Numbered from the stretch's first letter, positions 39,359 to 54,100 are shown. The stretch is 64,000 nt of DNA from Eledone cirrhosa (GCA_964016885.1 OZ024743.1:288300001-288364000); one strand, 5' to 3'. The notes: a model not told the origin generated them from the letters alone. Numbers and translations: made by a program.

Positions 39359-39966
39359 TTTGTCTAGTTTATATGTATATACCCTTTAAATTTTATATAC
39401 TCCCGTAAGGTTGAGTAAAGCTTAAGGCAGTATTCGGCTGCGCTTTCTAGCAACCAGCCTACTCGCCGACAGGCGCCAATCACAAACTTTCTGCCTTGAC
39501 CACTAGCCACGTGATGATTATTAGCCATTTTGAATTCGTTTCTGGCGGGGATCATGTAAGAATAATCTTTGTCCAATTGAGTTATCTCCTGATAGTTTCC
39601 AACCTCGCTGATTTATCCAAGATCGGATATATCCCAAAATGGAATGAAACCGCCGGGGTAGAGATATTTTGTTGATTTTGGTAGGTTTATGTACATTTTT
39701 TTTAAAACTTTGAATTTGTACTTAATTATGTATGGTTAACTATATGTCTAGTCAATTTCTACAGGCTATCAGAAATACTAGGTAGATTTTCTGTAGCTAA
39801 GAGTCGCGGATAAAAAGCTATATCATTTATCTATTGTTTCTTCATATGTATATTTTAAACTTATAGCCTCGTTTAAATGATTTTTTGTGTGGTTGATTTA
39901 TGCTGATTGGGAGAAGAAATACTGTATATATTTTATCTAATGATTCTATGGACTTACTTTTTATAT
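38717..39966 (+). mobile_element. Two tandem copies of a ~530-600-bp non-coding HHR-bearing element (PLE pLTR or retrozyme-like)
   Basis: 38717-39247 is nearly identical to 39429-39966, and each copy is bounded by (TA)n. Confidence 0.8.
38860..38943 (+). ncRNA. Type I hammerhead ribozyme, canonical core, long loop II
   Basis: UAUCUC-CUGAUGA-uUUCCA...UGGAAu-GAAA-CC(GCCGG)GG-UA-GAGAUA. The second copy at 39583-39666 has core CUGAUAG. Confidence 0.82.
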
Positions 39967-40126
39967 ATCTATATCTCTCTCTCTATACATATAAGTTATT
40001 CCGAGTTCAATCGGAGGTAACCGAGGTGGAACAGAAATGAAACATGGATTACAGGTTAAAATATAGTGTAGATAGATGTGAAACAAAACGAGGATGTAGT
40101 TTATGGAACACCCAAATGATTTAGAC

Positions 40127-40569
40127 GTCGACCATAAGTAGCAACAATAACATTAAGAAAGACATGAACGACACCAGAACACTTTGTTTTGAAAATTTTG
40201 AAAGTAGGTTTATTAGTATGAATTTTCATGAGATTTTCATAGTAGTCTCTGTGGCCTAGAGTTAAGTATTGGAGACGGTGGAGATCCTAGCCTTAGGTTC
40301 AATCCTGATCAAGAGGTACATGTAACCTTCTTCAGTTTTTATTCAACAACCCATAGAAAAAAAACTGAGAAGGTTTACCGGCAACCCTACTTCAGACCAG
40401 GATCGAACTTCAGATAAGGATCACTACCGTCTATGATTCTTCCATCTAACCACTGAGAGAGCTACAAAAGTATAATGAAAATTGATAATTATAAACCTAC
40501 TTTCAAAATCATAATTAAAAAGATGTGGTATCGTTCATGTCTTATCTATTAGTAATATTTAGGGTCGAC
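40127..40569. mobile_element. Fold-back element whose arms contain tRNA-like A/B boxes
   Basis: Inverted blocks agacatgaacga, ttttgaaagtaggtttat and aaccttct..cagttttt. B-boxes GGTTCAATCC (+) and AGTTCGATCC (-). Confidence 0.65.
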
Positions 40570-40793
40570 TTCTGGTCATTATTGAAAGTCTCTAGATTTC
40601 GCAAGGTATATAATATTTTTTATTGGAGAATGTAAGATATTTTTCCGCAAAAATTTGATTGCACTGTTTTGTTTCCACTTAAGTATTTTTCGAAAATGTT
40701 ATTTATTCATTCTAAAAATTAAATGATACCATTCTATATGTAGGTGGGCCCCACTTCATCACCTGGCAACCAATATTTTAAAACTGTGTCCGC

Positions 40794-40867
<74 letters not shown>

Positions 40868-42088
40868 ATATATATATATATATGTGTGTGTGTATATATA
40901 TATATATACACACATATATACATGTACATACACATATATACAAAATACTCACACACATAAAAAAAAAATATATATACTGTAGCACGTTAATGATTTTGGC
41001 AACACGTGCTATTAATTTGGACGCCCTACCGGGACAGATTGCTAGATTACTGTACAATACGAAATTTCCTTTTACTATTGACGATGTTTTTTTTTACAAA
41101 CATCAATAATTCAATAATTGGTGATTGATACTAATCATTAAATTCGATCATAAACTTCGGATTCCGGATTCCTGGAAACGTCCGCCTGACAATGTATAAT
41201 TTAAGTAAATATCTTCATTATTTGTTGCTCTCTATATCCGTACATAATTCAAGTTTTTGTTTCTCAACTTGATATATGAAAAATATTTTTTGCTATTTCT
41301 TTGAAATCTGTATAAAATATGTTTGAAAGTCCATTGAGCTTTCTGTGTTGAGTAACTTAATCAATATATATTTCTTATATATTTTAATTAAACCAATTTA
41401 TAGTATACATATATATATATATGCATTATATGTATATGCATTATATATAGATATGCACATATATATATATGTATGTATACACATATAAACCGTGAGAGAC
41501 CACCACCACCACCACCACCACCATCACTAATGACAACCGCGACACCAACATCACCATCACCACCAAAACCACCAGTACCAGCGCCAGTACCAACACCACG
41601 ACGACGGCGATGACCCCCCCCCCCACCTCTACCACCACCACTAACAACAACAATTGCAGCAATACCAAGAGCATTTTACATCATTTGCCATTGAGTATTA
41701 CGCTCTCTCTGTCCTCCTTTCTCTTCACTTCCATCTTTTTTTCTCCTCCCCCTCTCTCTCTGTCTCTCTCTCGTTCTCTGTCTCTCTCTTTCTCTCTTTC
41801 CCTCTCCTGTGAAGTATTCCTCCTGGCAATACACAATAAGGCTGTAATCAGTTATAGCTGATCAATTAAGAAATGCAATAATGGCTACCATCTAAAAGAG
41901 GAATTATATCCTGATATTGACGTGTATTACACATTTCCCATAGGTTAGAAATCACAAACAGTTCTTTTGTACTCTTTCTTTTCTCTATCGCTCCTTTTTT
42001 TGTTACATATTTCTGTTTCTTTTTTCCTCTCTATCTATCATTTTCTCTCTCTCTCTCTCTCTCTCTCCCACTCTTTCTCTCTCTCTCC

Positions 42089-42333
<245 letters not shown>

Positions 42334-44379
42334 GTATGCATATACATATGTGCGTGTGTGTATGTATGTATGTATGTTTATGTATGTACATACAGACACG
42401 TCAATTTTACAAATGACGTTTAAGGCTTTTTCTGGCAATGATTAGTACCAATGCTTTCCCTCTCCCCTCCCTATCTCTCTCACTTCTTGACTTAATTTAT
42501 CTCATTGTGACGATAACTTCTGAAACGCAAGCACGCCAGCAGGAAAAAAGATATAGGATAATTTAGAAATTGATATTGATATCGTAATGTGTAATCTAGC
42601 CAGCCAACATGTTATCCACTCAGCCAACAATCTTTCTATACTTTCAACAAACAAGCCAACCATGCGGCCACTAGCCAGAATGGAATCCAACCACCATCCA
42701 TCCAGCCATCTAACCAGAAAACAATCCAGTCAGTACGCCGTCGTGCCAACCAGCCAGCATACAAGCGAGCCAGTCACCTAAGCCACCCTTATCCCTGCCA
42801 GCCTTCCAGCCAACAACCATACCTACCAGGCAGCCAGCCCCCATGTTATGCTTCCATCCAGCCAGTATGTTATCTAGCCAATCAGTCAGTCGTTTCGCCG
42901 TCTCCATCCATCATCCAACCAGCCCTATATCCATTCATCCATTCCACCCTCCCTTCCTCCATCCATCCATTCAGCCATCCGTCTATCGAATCATCCATTC
43001 TTCCAACTAACTAGTCATTCATCCTTCCATATCACTAACCAATGAACCTGTCAATCATCAATCCAAACATCCGTCTATATATCCAGCCAGCCATCCCTCT
43101 CCAGTGAGCCAGCGAGCCGGCTAGCCTGTCTGTCGGTTGGTTCTATCAGTTACTATACTCACAGCGTTTAGAATAATCAACCTTTTGGTGGGCAAATGAA
43201 AATATGATGTAATAACTTGGAGATGTGATTAAGCTACGAGCAATTTGAGACTGGAAAATGGTTTCAATTCCAGGATGGACAATATCATTTCATTTTCACG
43301 ATAAATGGCATTGAGGAGAAATGAGTGAATGTTTAGAAATTCCCATTTTCTATTCCTCTGTTTATGGCACCTGGATTCTAATAAAGAATTGTTTCTAATA
43401 AAGAATTAATTCTAATAAAGAATTGTAAAAGTAACAATCTATATGAATGTCTAAGAATAGTTAGTGTAATCAGAATTTAGATACAACGCCAGCATTTTGG
43501 ACAGGTGAGTCAATTAAATCGAACCCTGTATATAATAGGTACTTTATTTTATCGACTACAGAAAGATAAAAGGAAAGTCCATTTTGGCGGGATTTTAATT
43601 CAGCTCGGAATTCTCACTAGCTGGAATCATTTTGAGATATTTATCAGGTTTTGCGTTGATGGTATTGAGCAGAATTTTCTCAGGGTTTGTTTAATTACCT
43701 TTAGCAATACATGAATGGATTTCTGAGTAGAAATTAAGTTTCTCGGGAGTTCTGAGACTTTTCGAAACACTGACCCTCAGCGGAAAATTTCGTCAAAGTT
43801 CTCCTCAATAGTCATTGTATTATTGTTTAATGAACATGATTTCAGCTGTATGTGTTTCTTTATTACTTAATTCACCATTTCTTTATTTAAGACGGCAGTG
43901 TGTCATTTGAAAGAGATTTAACTGTTATTTCTAATAGGTCAGTTACCATGTTGAGGCTTGTTCGTTCTTTTGTGATGAAGAGTATTCTAGATATAAACAC
44001 TAAGTAAGCATAATTTTGCAAAATGTCTTTTACTATTTAACCACGGAGAGAATGGCAGTGCTCATGAGCCATTTCAATATTTGCGGGAATAGCAAAAATG
44101 AATTATGGAGTGCAAAAATTATCCTCAAACCGGAGACCTAACTCAAATGCCTATAATAGAACGGACTGCATCAAAAGCATGCAAATGTCAGGTATGACGG
44201 TAAACAGGACAATTGATTAACTCTAACACATAATAGGTAACAGTGAACTTTGAATTCATAACTAAAGAACCGCAAAATATACCGAAAGTCACCTCGTCCT
44301 AGGCTCTAACAATTCAAGAAAAAGTTGATCTTAGTAGTGTATAAATTAAGAGCACCAGAACAAATACTGTAATTCCATC

Positions 44380-45420
44380 AATCCACTGACTAGTAAATAA
44401 ATAAACCCGGTGAATTATTTGCTATAAAACTCACCACGTTGAAATGACAATCGTAAAGGAGGAACATGTTATATCAGCTATAGATGAAGCGAATGTAAAT
44501 TCAGCTACCGTCTTCGACAGGTTCCCATGAATCATAAAAATCATGTAAACGAACCTTAGCAAAACTACTGCAGATCCTCTTCCAATGTTTCCTCGGAAGG
44601 CTGTAAATTCTCTAAAACGTTAAAGGAAAGTAGAATACGCTATATCTATAAAGGTGGAAGCAGTTATCAGAGAGAAACTGCTCATGTTGCTGGAAGAAAA
44701 TTACCTGCTAACTGACAGCCAGCATGGTTAGAAAGAAGCTGCCATATGACTATGTTAAAATAGTTACTAAATCGGTCAAACGCGTTAAGTGTGTGTGTGT
44801 GTGTTGGGGAGGTATATCTCGAATTTGCAAAGATCTACGATAAAGTTGGTCATGAAAGGAAATGTGAAAAACTACGTGTCTCCGCATAGTCGGAAAATTA
44901 TGGCAGTGGCTGTTTCACTTGTTAAAAGACAGAAGCCTGGCTGCTGCAGCCAATCGAACCCTCTCAAAGGAAACATTAATAGTCAATGAAGGCTCTCACA
45001 GAATTGTCGAAGATTCACAGTTAATTGAGTCGTGTCTCTCGGATGTGCTCTGGTGTATACAGAAATTGACACAATGAAGGGGATGAGAGGCTGTTAGAAA
45101 CGAAAAGAATTATATCCCGACGCCCAAGAGTGAAGACGAGAAAGTTATGCAATGATAAACATATGGAATATAAGAGAAGGACTAGCACAGGACTTCGACA
45201 TTGAGAAGTACACAACAAAGGGCACTGCGTAGTGCCAAAGATTCCACCATCAACATCTAGTATCAGGACCCCAGCTCTTTAATATGCTGCCAAAACCTGA
45301 GAGATCTATATGAGATGGATGTAGATGTCTCCAAGAAGCATCTAGCCATTCTGGTCACTACACTAAGAGACTACAGCAAGACAAGAAACACAAATGAGTA
45401 GAGCAGTGTCAAACTCCTTC
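44380..45420 (+). mobile_element. Very degenerate CR1/L2-group LINE fragments
   Basis: LLEENYLLTDSQHG and VYLEFAK (RT domains); the rest is fragmentary. Confidence 0.45.
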
Positions 45421-45424
45421 ATGA

Positions 45425-45479
<55 letters not shown>

Positions 45480-46021
45480 TTTAATTCGAGTATGTGTTAG
45501 TTAATTACCGACACATCAGTATGTAGGGTAGAGTGCTCGATGAAGTACGCAAGTGGGGCTGTTTACACCGGAGTATATTTATAAACAAGAAGTTTAAGTT
45601 AAAAGGTTAAAATTATGTATAATATGAAATGATTCAATCCTAACGTATCTGACCATAATAATAGTCGATCGTTATGAATAATAGTTGAAATAATTTGTTG
45701 AGAGAAAAAAGTAACCAGAATTGTAGTAGTTAACGCCTTCGACTGTCATCCATTTTGCGCCACCGTTTTGTTAAATCCTTCTAAAATGACGGGATTGGTT
45801 ACCAGCGGCTCTTTAGTGTAGTAGTTAATGCACCCAACCTATATCCGTGAGGAGCAGATGTGGATTCGTCGCAAGTGCCTCGGTTCACTTTATTTTGTCT
45901 CCAATGTGGTACTTTAACCAATTTTCTCAACTATTATTTATAGTAATCGATTATTACTATGAACATTTATGTTAGGGGCCAGAAATTTCAAACTTCAATG
46001 CTTCTTACCTCAACCATTTTG

Positions 46022-46065
<44 letters not shown>

Positions 46066-46251
46066 GGGGGGGGGGTACGTATGTATTTAGGCGTGGGTGT
46101 GATAAGTGTAAGAGAGTTAAGCTCTGCCTTACTGCTTGTTCATACGTGATTATATCTACTTGTGTGTATATCTGTGTGAGTACGCACGTACAAATGCTCG
46201 GAGTTATATGTCATAATGATATATAAACTAAGATGTGTGCGTGTGTGTATA

Positions 46252-46346
<95 letters not shown>

Positions 46347-47210
46347 GAGAGAGATGCATGAAGAAATCGGGAGGGAGCGTAAGAGAGTAATGAAATCAAG
46401 AAATCGCTAAATCCTTTTCCAGTTTAGTTATTTAAGAAACCTGATATTTCATCTCCATCTCTCTCTCTCCCCTCTCTCCCCCTTTCTCTCTCTCTCTCTC
46501 ACGCATATACATACTTATCCCTCTCCCACTCTCCCACTTTATCGTTTCTTCACACAACCACATAGAAACACACAACCACATAGAAACACACCCATACATA
46601 CAAACACGCTGTGTGTTTGATCTGTCTCTCTATGTGTCTACCTGCCTCTATATCAATCTCTACTATTTCTTCTTATCTGACAGCGACCATGTTTTATTGT
46701 TATAATAATAATAATTTTTTTCTTTCAGAGCCACGCATAATGGTATTTATATTTATTTCATATTATGATGGATCCGGCAGCATTCCATCCACTTCGTTTC
46801 TATGAGAGTCAGTTATCAAGTCAAGTGATTAATAGAAAGACAAAATTGTAGGGCAGAGTGAAAGTTACGTTTTGGCATGGTTCCCTTCTCTTTGGAAGAA
46901 AAGAACATCTCTCTTGAAGAACAGAGTTTACATGATGTACAGACAGTAAAACGACACAACGGAATAAATAATATGTAAATATCTATTTATCGCATGCTCT
47001 AATGCACTGCAAATGTACAGATCAAGTTAAATGAAATGCGTATTTGACCCAGAATTGAAACTGCATCACAGTATTGAGTCACTAAGCTGTCCCATGTTTG
47101 TTTATTCTTAAATGTAGGCTAATTTCTTTTTTAAAAATGTTAATTTCAAATATAAATTATTTTTAAACATTAATATCATCTTAAATTACCAGAACCAACC
47201 TAGAAGTAAT

Positions 47211-47290
<80 letters not shown>

Positions 47291-47611
47291 TAGCAGTTTA
47301 GCCCGGCGTTGCTCGGGTTTGTTCATTTGCTATGAAATGTTACATACAGGTAAACGTGGCTTGAAAGCGAATAAGCTTATCAATTAAGTGCATAAAGCAG
47401 TTGAACCGGATATTAAAAGTTATGAACCAATTACCATTTTGGACAATCAATGATGGGTTAATAATCTTCTAATAGCGAATTTAGCAGACCAAAGTTGCAA
47501 GATGGTGGCCTTGATGCCGCTGGGTGTCAGATCTGTCCACCATGGGTAACCCTAAAGGAAATAGTTTTCCAGACGGTATAGCTCCAACACCTCCAAAACC
47601 TGCACCAACAT

Positions 47612-48243
47612 CTATAGCACCTCTTTGTAGACGATATTGCGTGTCTTCCCTTGAGGAATTGGAGCAGCACATTCCAGGTGGTTCTCCAGCCCACTTATTT
47701 GCACTACAGAACTTGCAAGTTAAACTCATATTCCCAATCTGGATGTCAAGCCTCGTTGAGAAGTTAAGTGTTGGATCATAATTGAAAGCTTTTAAAAGCC
47801 AATATGAATTGTTTGGACTTTTTATGCCCCGGGCAGTTTCTTTACGCCGATTGTTCTTTTCCAGTCTAATACTGCGATCGTTGTATGATTCTTCGGCTCT
47901 AGCAGCGACAGTAGCCACAGCATTACGGGAATTACGAAGTGATTTTTGCTGTTCATTTTCGGTAGCTCTAGCAGCGGCAGTAGCCACAGCATTCCGGGAA
48001 TTACGGATCGAACGGTCTAAATCACTAAGCTTAGCACGCGACGAAGTATAGTAAGATGTATTGCTGGCTAGACGCTCACTACGCTGGTCGTCGGTTTCAG
48101 CAAATCTTCTATTTGCTGAATGTAAAGCATTTTGTGACAATCGCAATTCAGTTTCCTCCTGCGACTCATACAACCGTTTTCTTTTCTGTTTAGCTGCAGA
48201 CACCGTTTTACGACCAAGTGAGCATCTCTTTTTTGGGGGGCAT
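47612..48243 (-). pseudogene. Helitron RepHel remnant: N-terminal repeats and Zn finger fused to the last helicase codons
   Basis: MPPKK(frameshift)RCSLGRK..., AFNYDP, IGNMSLTCKFCSANKWAGEPPGMCCSN, then TRNIVYKEVL* in another frame (47644-47612). Confidence 0.85.
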
Positions 48244-49616
48244 TATATCTGAAAATGTTAAACAAAAACCTTATGAAATTCGAAACTAAATGGTAAACAC
48301 AATTGAATGGAAGATGAAATGGCAACGAAAAAAAAGTAAATGAAGATGCAATATTCAAATAAAATTTGGGGTAGATATGACTAATTATATACCAACTGGT
48401 AGTATTTGGATGGAAAAGCAAAATATTTGGGGGTAACAAACTGAACAAACGTATTTGCAAGCTTAAAAGTGAAATTTTATGCTTGACAGAAAGTATTGAC
48501 AGGTATATTTTTAACAACATAAAAGAAAGAAGAACATACAGGTAAACGCGGCTTGAAACCGAATAAGCTTTTCGAATTCTAATTTTAAGTACCATGATCG
48601 AGTGTTCAAATCCGGCCGAAGATTGTGTATTCAATATTTTAAATACGGTGGTCGATAGTTCGATTCTTAACTAAGATTTTAAAGTGTTTTTAGGTTAAAC
48701 CTAAACACTCGATCGTGGTATTTAAAATTATAATTCGAAACCACACTAAAATTTTAGGTATTGAAAGTTGTAAATAAAGCGGTCGAAAGTTCGAAGTTAA
48801 CAAATCCAAAATTTAGCTGAGAATCGAACCTGCGACCACTCTATTTATAATATTGAAAAGTGAAAAAAACATTTTTCCGTTACCCGAACCTTTGGGTTGA
48901 AAAAAAACTTAGAGCAAGGTAAAATAAGATCATTTTCAAGTAAAAATATTTTTTTGACTTATTTAAAAGTCTGTTGAAGGGATATTAAGCAAAATATGTT
49001 AAACCTCAAAGCATGAGCCATGATGTTTTGCCAATAAAATTTTACTGGTCCCAAAACAATTCGTTGAAAACCTTAAATTAGTTTCAAACGCTTAAATAAA
49101 GTGGCGATTTTTTAAAAACATTTTGCGCAAACTTCCACGCGTGCAAGTGAGTAATACTCAGTTGACTTTGAATTGAACAAAGTTCAGCCCCTTTTTTCAA
49201 CAAAGATTCTATCGATTTTTGCCCTTATTATTAATGGATTTGAAATTTTTTTTGCTTCATGACCTTCTCCTGACCAAAAGCAATAATTGTCCCGGCTTTG
49301 AATAGAATCCATTCGAAATATTAAACACTGGAAATATTAGACTTTATATGAAAAGAAAAAAAAATATTAACACACACTAACCTAATCAGTGTATTCGGCA
49401 GAATTGCCAGAACTACAACACTATGGGTGTTGTCATATTAATATTTAAACAATTAAAGTCGTAAAAAATAAATAATTTAAACATTCCGATGCATATGTCT
49501 ATAGCAATAATCTATTATATGAAGTGTTATTTTGCGGGTTGTTATTTGCAATAAGCCGATTTAAAATGCCCCAGAAAAGCCGTATGTCAATACGGAACTC
49601 CAATGACTCCCCCAGA

Positions 49617-50238
49617 AGTTAAATTATAGAGAGGGGGAATAATCTATTATAGAGAGAGGGAAGAGCGACGGAGAGAGTAAAGCTAAGAAACTATAGGGAG
49701 GTGTGTAAAACAGTGTTGTCATATAGAGAGTGAAGAGCGACAGAGAGAGTAAAGCAGTTAAATTATAGAGAGGGGAAATGATCTATTATAGAGAGAAGGA
49801 AGAGCGGCGGAGAGAGTAAAGCTAAGAAACTATAAGGAGGTGTATTAAACCTCAAAGCATAAAGAGAGTAAAGCAGTTAAATTATAGAGAGGGGGAATGA
49901 TCTATTATAGAGAGAGGGAAGAGCGACGAAGAGAGTAAAGCTAAGAAACTATAGGAAGGTGTGTTAAACCTCAAAGCATGAAGAGAGTAAAGCAGTTAAA
50001 TTATAGAGAGGGGGAATAATCCATTATAGAGAGAGGGAAGAGCGACGGAGAGAGTAAAGCTAAGAAACTATAGGGAGGTGTGTAAAACAGTGTTGTCATA
50101 TAGAGAGTGAAGAGCGACAGAGAGAGTAAAGTAGTTAAATTATAGAGAGGGGGAATGATCTATTATAGAGAGAGGGAAGAGCGACGGAGAGAGTAAAGCT
50201 AAGGAACTATTGGGAGGTGTGTTAAACCTCAAAGCATG
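49617..50238. repeat. Five ~120-140-bp tandem repeats inside the Helitron
   Basis: Units start agttaaattatagagagggg near 49617, 49756, 49875, 49995 and 50133. Confidence 0.9.
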
Positions 50239-50393
50239 ATCGATTTTTGCCCTTATTATTGATTGATTTGAAAGTTTTTTACTTCATGACCTTCTCCTGA
50301 CCAAAAGCAATAATTGACCCGACTTTGAATAGAATCCGTTGGAAATTGTGGACGTGCATACATTACAAACCTTAACACACACATCCTCAGTTT

Positions 50394-50451
<58 letters not shown>

Positions 50452-50594
50452 TGCGCGTATAATTGTTTCCTCTTTCATTCATTGTTCCACCCAGCTCTTT
50501 ATAGTTCACTCACCCCAGGTCTAGCTTACCCTCGAATCCTAACTTACGTCAAATTGCCAAGGACTACGCGCAACTACACCGTCAACACAACCTA

Positions 50595-50651
<57 letters not shown>

Positions 50652-50927
50652 TACATACATACATACATACATACATACATACACACACTCATACACACAC
50701 ACACACATATATATATATATAACTGTATGGGGGTGAGGTGGGGGGGGGGGGTTAATACTCATACATACATATCTGGAAGCATTACCCAAGATTCAACCAT
50801 GTTAAGTGTTAAGACCTATTATATTTCCGCATGAGCACGTGCATTTTCCCGGCATCATTTATAGTTCAGCAAACATTTTGCAACTATCCCGCTTAGCCTA
50901 TTAAGATTTACTACTACCACAAATGCC

Positions 50928-51500
50928 ATGCAAAAAAAAAAAAAAAAAAAAAGGAAAAGAAGAGATTTTTCCAACTACGATTACACTAGGGAAGTAAAAG
51001 TAGATATAATTAGCCAACATGAAGCTAGTAGAAGATTAACTGCAGTCGCTAGTGATTTACAGTTGTCCCATACATCAATCTCCACTATTATCATTTTACA
51101 CAGAGAGACTTTTTGACCCTTTAGAATATCCGGCCACCGTGCACTCAACGATAATAAAAAAAATACGACAAGCACTTACATATCTATGGAATGGAAAAGT
51201 TGTTGAGGCTCTGTATAGTTATCCATAAGACTACTAAGAATTCAGACTAGAGCTCAAATATTTTTGAACTTTGCGGGAACAAATAATAGAGGAATATATG
51301 GAAAACATTCAAGCTAGTAACTGGTTGATTAATCGATTTAAAAGAAAGAGAATCTACATAATATAAGAGAAGCAGTGAGTGCGGACTTAGAAGTTCATTG
51401 AAACTTTGAATAATTTAATCATAGGTGAAGGATGTTTAGCTGAAAAGCTTTTCAACGTGGTTGGAGCTGGCTTATATTTGAGGTGAATGCTTGAATGAAT
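50928..51500 (+). mobile_element. Tigger/pogo-like transposase remnant
   Basis: YTREVKVDII...LQLSHTSISTI (CENP-B-type HTH), MEKLL, QASNWLINRFKR, KLFNVVGAGLY (cf. FNxDETGL). Confidence 0.7.
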
Positions 51501-52449
51501 ATATATATATATATAATATATCCATTACGTAATAGAGTGTATATGAGCAATGCATGTAAATTCCATGCGTATATTTCTTCAAGTTACAGACATTTCAGTT
51601 TTTGATCAGTTGTTTATGGAAAAAATGCACCATCCGACAATGTGAACAATGGGGAGAGGGGACAATTAATACATTCTGTCAACAGCTAGTGTCTGAGATT
51701 CAGAAGCAGTTTCGGCTATTTTAAACAATAGAACTGCTTATCTCATAGTGTCCATGGTTATGAAATAGCCACCAGGGTAAAAAAGGAAAGAACAAAAGAC
51801 ATAATATGGAAAGAAAATAATAAAACGAAAAATGTGGGGCAGGCATCCTTCGACAGAGAAGGAAGAAAAATAAGAGATTTAAATAAGAACTTTTAAATAA
51901 TGTCTTATGACCGAGATTAACCAAGGCAAAAACAATGAAGAGTTAAAAGTTCAAGTCTTTCAAAGAGTTAAAAGTTTCAAGTTTTCACATAAATTGTAAC
52001 GGGTGCACAACGATAATAAGACTTACATCTTATACGTGGAAAAACACATCTTGTCACTTGTGTGATTACAGGTGAAAGGGAAGAGAACTGGAAATGAAGA
52101 TTACAGAGGTAGCTCAAAAAAGTAAAGTAGGCAAGGACATCTAAAAATAGCAGATTAAACTGTGCCCCGCCAAAAAAGAGAAACAGAGAAATGGAGTTTA
52201 GAGCGAGAGAGAGGGGAGAAATGAGAGGGAAATAAAAATAAAAAGAGTAGTAGAGTGTCTGATGTAAGAATTAGACGCAGAAAGAGGGAGAGGGACTCAG
52301 AGAGTGAAACATTGTGAGGGGGGGGGGGGTCACAGAAGGATATGTTGATAGAACTTTATCTACGATGAATCGGTGATAGAAATACATATTTAAAACATGC
52401 ACCATCAGAGATTGTAATCAAAGAAGAAAGATTTTACAAGTAAATTAGA

Positions 52450-52499
<50 letters not shown>

Positions 52500-52554
52500 T
52501 CATTATATTAGGGGTCGGTGTTAAGTACTCTTCTCTCTCCCCCGTCGACCACAT

Positions 52555-52622
<68 letters not shown>

Positions 52623-53559
52623 GTGTGTGTACACACATACATATTCTAATTTATTCGCAAAATATTATTTAATACATTTTAACTGTTGATGAAATAAAGA
52701 AAAACCAATTTTGAGTCAGCGTTTTAATTGCTTCAGATAGCGCTAATGTCAAGCACGATAAGTTTATTTTATTGGCCAGCTAATTTGTGACAAATAATTC
52801 AATTTTTTCTACATCGGTTCGAATTCAATTTTCGGGGGTTATTAAGAGAAAAAAAAACACATAGAAGTTGTAACACTTGCCTGTTGTTAGCATTTATCTA
52901 TTATATATTTTATGATTGCCGGGCTAGCAACTAGGAAATGAAAGTATGTAAAATTTTGGTCAGTAAATCGGTAGTTTGAATCTGTGTAAATCTTGAGCTA
53001 AAGCTATTCTTTTCCCCCTTAAGCCACTAATCTCTTGGCATATATATTTCCTAAAATATAGATCATTTGTGCTTAGTAAGAACAAAAAAAGAAAAAGATA
53101 ACACAAGTGAAAAGAGAATTATTCTTTGTAAAAGCTCAAGAAATCATTATATGGCTAGAAGTTCAAAGTTCCAGAAAAAAAGAGCTTTAAGAAAAAAGTG
53201 GTAAGAGAAAGTTAACAGCAACAAGCTAATGTTTTGTATTGTTTGTTTTACAGGCTTTCTTTATTTCTTTTTGTGCTGAAAGAGGGCTAAGTTCTTAATC
53301 AGACTTAAAACAGCTTTCAGTAATGTTAACGAGATGTATATTTACGGTTGATTATTCCCTCTTAACACAAGCCATTCTATCGTAAAATTGAATTAGTGTT
53401 TCTTTTCGGAGATGAAAGTCACAGCTGACAGAAATACAGCTAGATTTAAGGAACTGCCGGTTCAAAGAATTGTTCTACAGTTATAGTTTGTATCTCCGCA
53501 ACGGTACCACAATATTTTCTATTGGCAAATATACTGATTCCTATGCCAATAGTAACAGT

Positions 53560-54100
53560 TTCTTGGTAAAATGAACAGTTAGATATAGATCATGGCGTGA
53601 AACTGGAGTTACGAGGGAATGTAATTTAGTTTTAAAAGCAATATATATATAAGTTTCGAATTTGAACGAAATCGGTTGAAAAATGTGGGAGCTAGAGCCG
53701 AAAAGGTGAAAATTTGAGCGAAAAGGTGGTATTTTCAAATATATAAGCGGCTGCCACAACGTTCCTGAACAAAAATTCCAAAATGTAAAGCTACTTTAAG
53801 ACATGAAATAATCACATCTAGTGTGGTGTAAAATTTGAACAAAGTAGGTTGATTAATGTGGGAGCTAGAGCCAAAAATTTTATTTTTCGATACCTAAAAT
53901 GAGTGACCCCTCCCCCCTTTCGATTTTTATCTGCAGAATGACCCCGGAATAAAAAAACGATACGCTGATATATAGAAAACACTCCCCGATGACTAATCTA
54001 TGAGCCTGTAAAGTTTCATGAAAATCGGTCGTAAGATGTAGGCCCCTATATGTAATACACAGACACACACACACACACACACATACTTAATTTTAATAAT

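Larger units (their letters stand above)
47290..50400 (-). mobile_element. Internally deleted Helitron in (TA)n
   Basis: The 3' end has hairpin CCCGAGCAACGCCGGG followed by CTAG at 47290-47293. RepHel N-terminus and extreme C-terminus are present. The 5' end ..TATATAAAACTGAGGATGTGTG merges into (TA)n. Confidence 0.88.

Noticed and set aside
40240-40470. Functional tRNA genes
   Set aside because: Only A/B-box-like motifs; no complete cloverleaf
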